DNA of 63,804 bases, filler included, from Phoronis australis (lineage: Eukaryota > Animalia > Phoronida), in assembly GCA_002633005.1 (NCBI GenBank). It is 4 parts of 4 records of this genome, joined end to end, with 100 filler letters (N's around TTAATTAATTAA, not from the genome) between each part and the next. Parts side by side here need not be neighbours in the genome. Positions count along the whole stretch, not along the records: positions 1 to 23,792 come from NMRA01000928.1; positions 23,893 to 54,997 come from NMRA01001283.1; 2 more parts are not named here. One strand, 5' to 3'. This document shows, one piece after another, positions 12,601 through 23,926 of the stretch (its first letter is position 1; each line of letters begins with the position of its first letter). The notes under the pieces were generated by a model. It did no database searches. It was not told where the DNA came from and was given only the letters and a program-made list of their open reading frames with translations. The position numbers and the translations under genes were made by a program.

Positions 12601-15600
12601 GAGTCTACGAAACAGGTTCAATATTTTTGTTTACTTCTGCTTGGGTTAGGGAGTTGAAACTTTTTATAGGCCTGCACATTACGGGCAAAGTGTAGCACGC
12701 TCTGCGAAAATACTATTCAATGTGGCTTACTAGGCTTTTCGGCAGATATAGTTCAACGGATATATTTCATAGAGCAGCACGGTTCTCAATTTGGACAGGC
12801 GCTTCGAGTTAGGCTCAAATCCTGATGGGGGATATTTCCAGCACCTGCTGTAAAAGTGTATGGATTTATTTTTGTAAGGCTTGGTTTCTTTCAATTAGAC
12901 TTTCTTGACAGCTCAAACAGGCCATCAGCAGGTTCCAAGACAACAACTTGAGTTTAGTTTTGACTTACTTGTAAGTCTCAGATTTGTATCAACTTCCAAA
13001 CTTTGAAACTTACACTATACATCTCATCATTTTATTGGAAAGGACTCGGGACATCTTAAAATTGACTTAAGTTTAAGATGTGTCACAGCTGTATATGTAA
13101 AGAGTTCTTGTCACGGGTTGCATCTTTACAGATATAATTTCACCTAAGCTCGTTCTTCATTGAACTAAATGTGACGAGTGTAGGGAAAACCGCTGGCCCG
13201 CTGCTGAAAACGTTAGCATTAAAAACCATCCAACATAAGCAGATGCTCAAAACTTCAAATCGACAGTGCGCAAAATTTGAAGTTCCTGTCAAAATAAAGT
13301 GTTATCTTGGGGCCCGCTTGAGGAGAATCATCTTGTAAACGTGTTTTTGTTTTTATACATGAATAGTTGTTATTGTACATAAAACTTGTTCTATGAAACT
13401 TCATTTTTTAAACTAGTGGCTATGCATATTGCATCATCACAAATTATACAGTGATAATCCTAAGTTATCAAATGCCGGAAATACGCCAATGGGCTCATAG
13501 GTATAGTAATGCATTTTGACAGCAATTCAAAGTGTATCGAATACCAGACAGTTGCTTCGGGTAGAAGGCCAGTTCTTCTTCTATGCTATGCATTCACGGT
13601 ATTCGAAATTCTTAGAAATACTGTAACAAATTTTTTAAAATTATTTTTATGAGGAACACATATTTGTAGACAGGAAAGAAAAAAAAGCAAACCGTTTTCA
13701 CTCTTACCGCACACGCACACGCACGAATGCACGCTTACACCTGCCCCATCAACATAGCCACCCACCCACACTAACTAGGATGTTACCAGGAAAGTGTTTT
13801 CTTTAACCAGTTTCTCCAGGTTGCTTGGTATTCAACTAAATTACTATTATTTAATGAAATTTCTTTTTTGAATATAAAATTCTCTTTCTAATAACTTAAT
13901 AAAATGACAGAAACTGGGGATTATATGTTACATTTAGGTGCCTTAATAAAATATTTTAATTGCATGAGAATCCACTTTAAAATTGTATTTTCGTTACTTT
14001 TGGCGAGCCAAAAGTCATTGCTTTTTGTCAATTATCAAATTCATACCTTTTACCGACAACACCCAACTCTCTATTTCCTCTGTCAATATTTTAATGTTAT
14101 TGCGTTCCAAAAGTATTTGGTCTACTGTTTCAGTTTGTGACTGCAAGGAAGTACATACATCAGAATCCACAATTTTATTATTTAAGAAAATAGATCATTG
14201 CAAGTGTTCTATGTGATAGCTTAAACTGCAGTGAACATAACTTAAAATCGAAAGTAGTTTTGAAAGACAATGAAAATAATTTATTTTTTCAGTCATCACT
14301 TCCAAAGTCATAACATTCTTCTTGAAATCTTTATTGGACAATAGGAAAACTTTCACTCTGACAATAAATTCATATACGGTGTTACAGATTGACGTGCAGT
14401 TTAAAAATACAGATATTAAAAGATATTACTGGTGCATATATCTTAATTAACTGCATTTGTAATGGTGTAATCCTCAGAAACAACCTACAGTAATAGACTC
14501 AATAAAAGAACAATATTCTGCAAAATGTGTAGGAATATTCGAGATCTTTTTAAATTCAGTAAATGAGTAAGACCTGTTATTTCAAATCGGTCATTAATAA
14601 AAAGAACACAACCACTAACACACACACTGTACTTGCTAAAGAAGAAAGATTTTCTGTATTTTAGTATTTTATCATTTTGCCATAAACTTGTTGAGAGTAA
14701 ATCGTTCGCATGATTGGCTACTTCAGTATGATTTTTGATATAATCATTTCCAATTTTGGTTTTTAATTTGCACTCCCTATTTCAAGTTCAACAATTTCAA
14801 CCATTTTGATTCAGCGGTACGTAGTCTTTTAACAAATGGAATTTCTATAGCCTTGTCAAAACATTATATTCATCATTTTCAGCCTCAGTCAACAGTGAAC
14901 ACAGCTTAATAATTTGTCCAAACAATGGTCATCTAATGTAAATGTTTCCCTCACAAAAACACAATTAGCGCTTGTTTAGATAATTTGTCTGTATTATTTA
15001 TGTGTTATTTTAGGATTAAAAAGCTTATGTATACCATTTTATGGTACGTTGTGTAGGTGCAACTTTTTAATTGTTGTATGCAACGTATTCTAACCTATTC
15101 TACAGGTATTTAAAATTCAGATTGTGTTCTCGCTTAACACGGTCAATAAAATCACTATCGAATTTTCGCATGACCTCAAACTGGAAGTGAACAACTAGCA
15201 TACATGTAGGAAGGGGCCACAGGCACGATGTAAATCATGCTGATTAATCTTTTATTTCCTGTTCAAGACAGTAAATGCCGTGAACATGCCAAAAATCAAT
15301 TTGTAATGTTAAGTTTGATTTAAGAACAAGGTACATTGACTCCCGGTTTACGTACTTTAAATCCCAGGCTTTTATAAAGATCAACAGTTCGTTGTCAAAT
15401 CCAACGGTTCATCATTTTTATTTCTTGTGAACATGTTCTTGAATATCGCAATGGATGGTAATTTCTTTAAAAAAGACACTAGTGTTTTCGAGATCAACCC
15501 CAACATGGATTCAAACTCATGACCTCAGCAGTCTCAACACACTTTTTTGACAGAGAAGCTAAACCCAGCTCTGTATATAACATATTATGTTAAGGGTAAT

Positions 15601-16347
15601 TAACGAATTGACTCAGCGGCTGCAATTTCAGCAAATGGCTAGCAGCCAGCGACTCAACTTTGCGATTGCTAATGCAATCACAAAAACACATCGAATTGTA
15701 TTGTTTAATAGTTCTAGTCGAAGCCAGTTTCTAGAGAAGTCTCGCTCATCCAACAACAATCCCAAATATTCGTTTTTGGCCCTAAAACCGAATATGTCCG
15801 CCTAATTTGACTCAAAAATGGTGTCCTGTCTCTAAGATAGAAAGAACATTGACTGATTCATAATGGGACCCACTGAAACCTTATAGAACTTAAATTGTTG
15901 CTTACAGCTTTGTAATCTCTTGAGGAAAACGATATCCTTTAAACGTCTGCAGTAACTATCTTGCTAAGTAACACTTAGGTTTTGTGACTTGTTGTAAACT
16001 GGATAGTTTTAATTTTTGTGTTAGTTTACTGAGAATAAAGCTGGGCCCGTGAGCCACTCGAAACAGAAAAAAAAATGTGAACAGTTTCTTTTATAATGCT
16101 GACTACTCCACATAGTTGTCGTGCAATTGTGTCATCAGAAATGTTAACAGCTTTTATTTATAGGATGGATGCAAGTCATTTATGCCAATCCTCTGAAGAA
16201 GTGCAATGAATATCGTTTAGAAATTCATCTTCCAAAATCAAAGTTCTTAAATGTAAAGCCTCAGAAGTACACTGTACACTTTCAATTTTAGGAAACACTG
16301 GCTAGTACTGATGAAATATAAGCCTTGTGAATTCCGGATGAAAAGCC

Positions 16348-16488
16348 ATGAGTGACTCAGACAAGTCCGAGGTGCCGAGTAGTTCTTCAGAATATTATGG
16401 TACCACTTCTAAGGTTTCAGAGGAAATAGCAGGTCCAACCTTCGAAGAACAAAATCCCAGCCACGAAGGCAATGCACTTGTTTTAAAG
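16348..16488 (+). CDS. Putative first coding exon of an ankyrin-repeat protein
   Basis: GCCATG start, 47 open codons (MSDSDKSEVPSSSSEYY...NALVLK) and phase-0 donor AAG|GTAATT. An upstream acceptor TTTTAG lies at 16291. Confidence 0.55.
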
Positions 16489-16846
16489 GTAATTAAACTG
16501 TTATCCATGAGAGTAGCCTAAAACTAATATGTTGAGAAGGGAATATTCGAAACAAATTCGGCCAGTGGGTGGAGATAAAAGATGTAAAGCACTTTTTCTA
16601 AATATTAAGTTTGTGTCTTAAATGCTTAGTTGACATTTTACGCTACAGCACTCAAAACGCCTAGACATACTGCAACTCAAAAGCAAATGCGTATACTTAT
16701 TGACGACAATCACAAACACACAGTTGCGCGCATACACATCCACTGTACACATGCACATCCGAATTTGCGTGACCGACATGAGTTCACACCGCTCAGACAT
16801 GATGCATCCTATTTTGGAAGAAAACACTGTACATTCTGTATTTCAG

Positions 16847-16945
16847 TTACGTGAGAATCCTTTGAACTATGCTGCTTTTGTGGGTGACACTGACACCGTC
16901 ACCGACCTGCTGAAGAAAGATCCATTTCACCCTGAAACTGAATGC
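16847..16945 (+). CDS. 99-bp ankyrin-repeat exon
   Basis: TTTCAG| LRENPLNYAAFVGDTDTVTDLLKKDPFHPETEC |GTAAGT: exactly 33 codons, phase 0-0, matching the ankyrin pattern PLxYAAxxGxxxxVxxLL. Confidence 0.7.
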
Positions 16946-17654
16946 GTAAGTGCCAAACCTTTAATACACGATCTCTCATGAATTCCTATTGCTGTTTCAA
17001 GTGTTTTCGAGGGTAAACCTAATGTGCTGTAGGAAAAAGCGGCGTAGAAAGGGCTGGGGTTAACTACCCGGTGGGCCAACGGAAACGGGGGACTTCAAAC
17101 GTGGACGACAAGCGTATGAAGATTCTCCTTCTTTCGTAAGGTTGCTGAAGTGAACGTGAGGTCAAAACCTGGTCAACAACAGTTTCATCACTACGATGGT
17201 AGCTACTGGATTTGCCCTTCTCGAAGCCAGCGACTCTCCAGTTTTACATTCCCCGGCTGTCACGACGTTTCGGCGCCACTAACGCTTCATTAACGAGACA
17301 GTAGTTCCTCCAATAGTTTAGACAGCTTACATGCATGTGTTTTGCTGGTTTGCTTTAAATAGAAGCAGCTGCGCCTGCCGTGGCAATCACTTTATGAGTG
17401 GTTGCATTCACACTCTGCTCCTTCCACACACTGTTTACTACTCTGACTAGACGTGTCGACCTAAAACATCAAAGTCAAATTACTGGATACTTTTGAACGA
17501 TCTCATCCCTGACAAAGCGCCAATGGAAAACATTTTCCGAAAAATCCCTTTGGCGTCCACATTCATTGGTGCAAATTTGTTTGGAATTCATTTTGTAAAG
17601 GAGTGGTCAACTGGATGAGATATTGCGAAACAATTCCTTGTGCTCCTGAAAGCG

Positions 17655-19268
17655 GAAGTGGAATGTAAAACCATTAAAGCTATATGGTACTGAACTCCCA
17701 CTCCAAGAAAAAGTCACCTTCCTAGGCGTTACTCTCCACCATCACCTTTCTTGGACACCTCACGTGATGGACAAGATAACCAAGGACAATTCGGCCCTGG
17801 TAAGGTGTAGCCAAGTGGTGGGTAAAACTTGGGGATTCTCTCCCAAGAATTCTCTCTGGCTCTACCTTTGTGTTATCAGACCGATGTTAGCTTACGCAAC
17901 ATCAGTATGGATAACATCTCTTGAGCAGAGCACTGTTAGAACTAAAGTGACACAACTGCAGCGTTTAGCTTTCTGGTGTGTTACTTCTGCTTTTCCGGGG
18001 ACACTTACAGCTGCAGTGGAAATGCTTATTGGTTTTCCACCCCTGTATATTTACCTCAGCGGTGAAGCTGTAATTGCAGCTTACCGTATGATGTTTAATG
18101 GGCAGTGGAGTAATGCGCGAATCGCTGACAATGTTGCTCACAAGAGCCATATTAATGTATGCAACAGGTTGTCAGAAACTGGAACACTTTTAGCAATGCC
18201 AAGTGATGTTTATTGACGACCATATATCACAGACAATTTCTATAAGACATTGGAGACGGTCACGAAATCATCGATTACAATGACCAACAATCCGTTCGTT
18301 ACACTGATGGCTCTGAACTTGACAACGGACAGTCAGGGTGAGGAATCTACTTTCCAGACCTTGCAGGGGACGACAAAGAAAACTGGATCTCACTGGGTAA
18401 CACCGTTACAGTCTGTCCTCCAGGCTGAAATTGTCGCCATTCACCAGGCTGCCTAACTTGGAAGAGAGCATGAAGCAATCCTTGGTAACAAGGTTCTCTT
18501 CATACTCTCAGACAGCCAAGCAGCTATTAAAACTCTAACTAAGCCCAAGATCAACTCCCATTGTGTTCTGGCATGTGTAAATGACCACGTTTCAGGTACT
18601 AGAACCGTTCATGTTAACCGGGTTAACGCTCATGTTGGCACTGACGGTAACGAAGCTGCTGACAAACTTGCAAAAGAAGGAGCAAGTGCACCTTGTTTTG
18701 TACCAGAACCTTGCATACCAATTGCCTATTGGTGCTGCAGAGCAAATGTGATACACTGGGTGCGCAAACTGGCCGTGGATACATGGAGAAAGCTCTCCGC
18801 CTGAAGGCAAACCAAACAACTTTTTCGAAGTCCTTTTGAACCAAAAAGTTCGAAGACATTATGTTTAGATAAGCTTGCTATAAGGTAGCTGGTTCAGGTT
18901 ATTACTGGACACTGCAGCCTAGCTCGGCACCGTAACATCACAGGCCACATGGCATGTTCATTTTGTCCCAACTGTGGCTTGGAGGCTGAGACTCCTCAAC
19001 ATCTGGTAGAGACTTACCATGCCTACAGTAGACACCGTAATCTACTACTTGATGGACTTATAACCCGTCTGGTTAACATTGTTAGTTCATACAGGTTTAA
19101 TAGTCTTTCTGAAGAAAACAAGCAGATAAGAAGGTTTTACCCATGATGACTCCGGTGATGTGTCCCCATGAGTCATAATCAAGTGATTAATGCAGTAGGC
19201 CCGGCCTTGTGGCCTAAACACGCCTGATGTACCGCAAAAGGCATCAGGCCACCTGCACTCTTTTTTGT
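17655..19268 (+). mobile_element. 5'-truncated LOA/R1-group non-LTR retrotransposon (RT C-terminus, RNase H, CCHC), decayed
   Basis: FLGVTL, WGFSPKNSLWLYLCVIRPMLAYATSVW, YTDGS, QAEIVAI, SDSQAAI, AHVGTDGNEAADKLAKEGA and CPNC...ETPQHL; multiple stops and frameshifts. Confidence 0.9.
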
Positions 19269-20218
19269 TCTCGCGATACTAAATGGCTCATTGCCTCATT
19301 GTTGTCTGACATCAAATTCAGAAAGTCATAAACTTAAAAAACGCGTGCAAAATTGCCAAAACATTCCTTAAGTACCAAGTACTGATAAATTTTCTAAAAC
19401 CATTTATAGCTATTATGGTAAATTAAATAAAGGAAACTTTCTGAAACTAAAGAATGTGTCGAAAATCTGAAGAGCTAGATTCTATTATGAGACATAGGCC
19501 TGAAGGATTATGAAAACTTGAAACATTCAGCATTGTACAGAACATGTAATTTAATACTATACCCGAGATGCGTTTTATATGGTTATCGTTCAAAAGCACA
19601 TCAAGATTCTCAGTAAATAGTCACTTGCACTACAGTGTGTGATGAATATAAACCTTGACGTTTCTTGAATAGTATGCACCGAATTTCGATTGATATAAGG
19701 ACTCGAAAGGGCCGTCATTATCAGTGATTGCTCTTCCTTGTTGTGTTTAGGAGTCGGTGGGACAGCCTGTGTGTTTTATTTATGTTACTTAATTGCCGCT
19801 GTTTGGCTGCAGCGTTTAGCGTTGGGAGCTTGTGCCGATCTATGTAAGCTGGTTTTTGCGCTTAATTATACATGTAGTACATGACATACTGACCAGGTGT
19901 TTCGGTCCAGCTGGCTCTGTTTCCATGATTTACTCCGTGGTGATTACCTCATCAGCCACGTCCATAGGCATTGGAACATGGGACGGGGCGGAACAAATGT
20001 GAATGCTCATAAGCCCTCCCCCTGGTCGCCCAGGCTCGAGCATTGACTGCAATGCAAATTCAACATATTTTTTATTACTTTCGTCGCTTTTTTGGAGTGG
20101 ATGGGAGTTCTACCTCCCAACTTTGTAAGCAGAGGGGTACTCAACTGCTCACCTGTACAGTGAATGTGAAAGACAGTGAATGTAAAAGGGCGGCTCGGCA
20201 ACTTTTTTCTCCGTTGCA

Positions 20219-20362
20219 AACTCTATCGGTAGACTTACTATTTCTATCGACAGACTTACTATCTCTATAGATAGACTTATTAATCCTGTCGATACATGAA
20301 ACTTACTATCTCTATCGGTAGACTTATTGACTCAATTGATAGAGTTGGTAAGTCTATCGATA
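20219..20362. repeat. ~19-20-bp minisatellite (TCTATCGGTAGACTTACTA)
   Basis: About five direct units plus an inverted unit near 20340-20360. Confidence 0.75.
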
Positions 20363-22940
20363 AAGATCATCGCCAGAAAATTGTAACATGTACCACCGCA
20401 AGCAGCACTCCATAAGAAATACACAAGAACGAACTGTTAGCAATAATTAAAGTAATGGAAAATAACTACACAGCTTGCCCATAGCCTGCCACAGTGTGTG
20501 TTCAGACTTGTTTTTTTTCAAAATATCAGCGTCATTGGTGAAAAAAATCACTTATCTTGAAGTTTCAAATGTACATGTAGGCCTTTGTTAAAGATTGTGC
20601 GGAAGCCAATGTGTGAGCACAGAGCTAATTTTAAAGTCATGTTTGTGGTAGAATTCATTTCACGATCAAATTTGCCTATAGCCTAGGTGTCGACCAGGAG
20701 TATTTAGAGGTTGTTGATTCCATTTTTATTGATTTTTTTAAAAATCCTCGTTTCTTGTGGTCACAAAACGGATCCACGATGTAAAAGAAGAGTTTCTGAT
20801 CGCCTGTTCGTCTTGCATTGGAATTTGCACTCTGTTGAGGAAAGATTAGCTCACAATCGGTATAAAAACACTGTTATGCCTAATTTTCCATCCAGAATGA
20901 TCGTAGGAATGGTTTCGAAGTTGAAAAATTTTGGAATTTATACAGGATTCTACATTTTTCGCCAGTAAGTACATGTAGATGATTTAAGAGTCATTGCATG
21001 AGAAAGTCACACCGATGTTGGATCACGACATGTCACGGATTGTTTTGACATATAGCTTACTTATACTCGTAGGTGGAATGGCTAACACCGAAAACAATTT
21101 CATGTAAAAATGTAACTCTTCGCAGAAAAAAATGCCCCTTAGGAATTTTAGCTCGTTTCTGCCTTCAGAAACTATCAAATTTTAGCATATTTGTTGTATG
21201 ACTGTGCATCACATAGGGAAAAACAGAAACTAAGAATAACGTACTGAGTAAATACAACTTATATCTACGTGAAAACATAAATAGCATAATTGAAAAGTCT
21301 TCTCAAGTTTACTCTTTTGTAAGTTTTTAACCCAACTCTGTTAAACTGTGTAGCGGCTAGAAATACCTTCCATTCGATGGTGATTTCTTTCAAAGCGCAG
21401 AATCACGCACAGAAGTGTGCAAAAATTTAAAAATATCCGTGGCAGTGACTTGGTGTCCTGCATGCTTCGAGTATTTCCATCAACTTTGTTAGAATCGGCC
21501 GTCTTGTTCACATGACACGTTCGTAAGCTCAATTACAAACACCCCGAAGAAGTCCTTCCGATTTATATGCAACAAAAAACCATGTCAAAACGATTATATA
21601 GTTTTGCCAGAGCTCAAAATCCGAGGCAATTTAAAATTCGTGTGGCTGGTGCACAGAAATATACAGTTGCAAACTCAAATTTCGGCGTGAACACGATTAC
21701 AATTGTCGGTACCCGCGGGATTTCTGCTTGGCGTCTAGAAGTTCAGAAAGACATCCAGTAAAAAATAAAGTATATTAACACAAGGCAATTCAAACACCGT
21801 GTATAATTAAATGACTATGGCTAACTGTACATTTTAAGTACAGAAGGCCCACGGGGGGCACTTTTTAAGCTTCTGGGGGCTCAAACGCTGAATTGCGTAT
21901 CATTATCAGGGTAACCAGGTATTTAAATATCGAAAACTTTAGGCTTGAAGCCAGTGGTGTTAGAAACAATGAGGCCAAAATACTCAAACCATTTTTATTG
22001 ACCCTCCTTTTGAAACGTATAGCTGGCAGTTGCCAATCTTGAGTGTGAACCGTAGTCACGGTAAAACGGTATTCTAGGATTATTACGGTATACTAAGGTG
22101 TGCACCCCATATAACAACGAAATTTTGAAGAATATAAACTGCCTGTTTTTTATCAAAGATATATCGTAACCAATAGAGCTAGTTTGCACACAAAACAGAA
22201 TATCAGGGATATTCATGTCCCAAAACATGGAAATGACAATTTTAACGACATAAAATATGCATTTGGCTTATGTAATAAATTTGAAAAGAAAACAAATGCT
22301 AAAAGCAAAGCCTTCTGGGTGAGAGCTCAAAACGGTTAACATCAGGCAACTGCGGGAAATAAACCTATCAACTTCTGAATTAAAAACACAGAAACATAAT
22401 GGCATAAAAGAAGCAAATATTTTTGATTTCATCAAAGGTGTGCTATAATTACCAATACCAAAACATCCCACAAAGAATTCTCATGACTGCACATATGGAT
22501 ATTAGGTTAAGAGCGTCTAGGAGAGCATTGATTGCAGAAAATTGATCAATGTCTGTGCTTCTCAGGCCTTATATGCAAATACAGCGAGAGAAGTACGTGT
22601 AAGACATTTGATTATTGTATATTTGGTCGCTGCAGCTGGCCAGAGGTAACCACATGTTTCTGACCTTATCACCAAAGTCAGCTCTCCAAGATCGCAAATT
22701 ACCGTCTCCCGATCTACCCTGACACTAATGTTGCTGTTTAGTAGTTGTAAGCGTCCTTGTCATGCTGTGAGCAAACTGAGGAGCGTTGATCAACTTCTGG
22801 CAACCGATGCTTTCAAGACGCTTTGACGGTGGATGTTGCAGATTGTATTTAAAACGTCTGGAGGTTCGGATATTTGTTATTGTCGATCCCAAAGAATGTA
22901 ACGAGTAAACGTCTTACAGTCGCAGATAAAATGTGTGATG

Positions 22941-23200
22941 CATGCGTGCACCCAGCCTAAAATATAGGGGGGCTCGAATTTTTGACAATGTGGGGCTTTT
23001 ACTTAAAAAAAACGGGAAAACGGGGTTGGTTCAGAGCTATGAATTGTGCATTCGCCGATATCTCGCCTTTTTAGGGGACGTTTGTCTGTTTTTTTCGAAC
23101 ATGGTGTTTCTGTGAGGCGGACCTTTTTTGCCCACTTTGCCAAATGGGGGCTCGAAATGGGGGCTCCTTCGAGCCCCCCAAGCCCCCGAGTGCGCGCATG
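22941..23200. mobile_element. MITE family 1 copy
   Basis: CATGCGTGCACCCAG...GAGTGCGCGCATG, with TSD TGATG on both sides. Confidence 0.85.
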
Positions 23201-23499
23201 TGATGGAAGTAACTCCCAGACAAGCTAGATTTGAGTAATTGCGGTGAGCCTGGTGCACTACCATGATGGATTCTCGTTGAATACATTTCTCTGCAATATA
23301 GTATCGTTTCAAGCAGCTGATGAGAGCACCATAGGATTGCACCAACTTGGATGACGTACACATTTTGATGAACGTTGAAGATGCTGAATCTGACAAGCAA
23401 TAAAACTGTCATAAGTATTTTAAAAACACAGAAAAATACTACAATGCTTCATAGAATAACTTCAAAACAACATACAAAGTGTAGCAATCTATGCAATTC

Positions 23500-23792
23500 A
23501 CCAACGTTTCTCATTCATGTATTGACCTCTGTATAACAAACAATTTGAGTATCATTGACTCATGTTCTGTACTACTTCCTGTTGGCAATTCTGATCACCA
23601 CACTATCGAAACCACTCTAACTCTTAAAAAACCGGTTAAAGAACAACACACCACTCGAACCAACTGGAAATATGATCAGGTCGACACCGATAAACTGCGT
23701 CAGGATATCACCAACACTGACTGGGATTCCATATTGAACACTGGCGACATTGATGACACTGTTTCACTCTTCACTAGTACTCTCTATGAAAT
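23500..23792 (+). mobile_element. LINE ORF2 fragment (end of APE endonuclease plus linker), running into a gap
   Basis: SCIDLCITN...NSDHHTI...WKYDQVDTDKLRQDITNTDWD. Confidence 0.85.
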
Positions 23793-23926
23793 NNNNNNNN
23801 NNNNNNNNNNNNNNNNNNNNNNNNNNNNNNNNNNNNTTAATTAATTAANNNNNNNNNNNNNNNNNNNNNNNNNNNNNNNNNNNNNNNNNNNNACATGGGG
23901 CGACTGTAGCTCGTTTTGTATATCAT

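Noticed and set aside
12770-15560. tRNA-like B-box fragments (~12810 and ~15505)
   Set aside because: No cloverleaf; at most highly decayed SINE remnants.
23793-23892. TTAATTAATTAA motif within N runs (also 54998-55097 and 59949-60048)
   Set aside because: Artificial six-frame-stop scaffolding linker, not biological.
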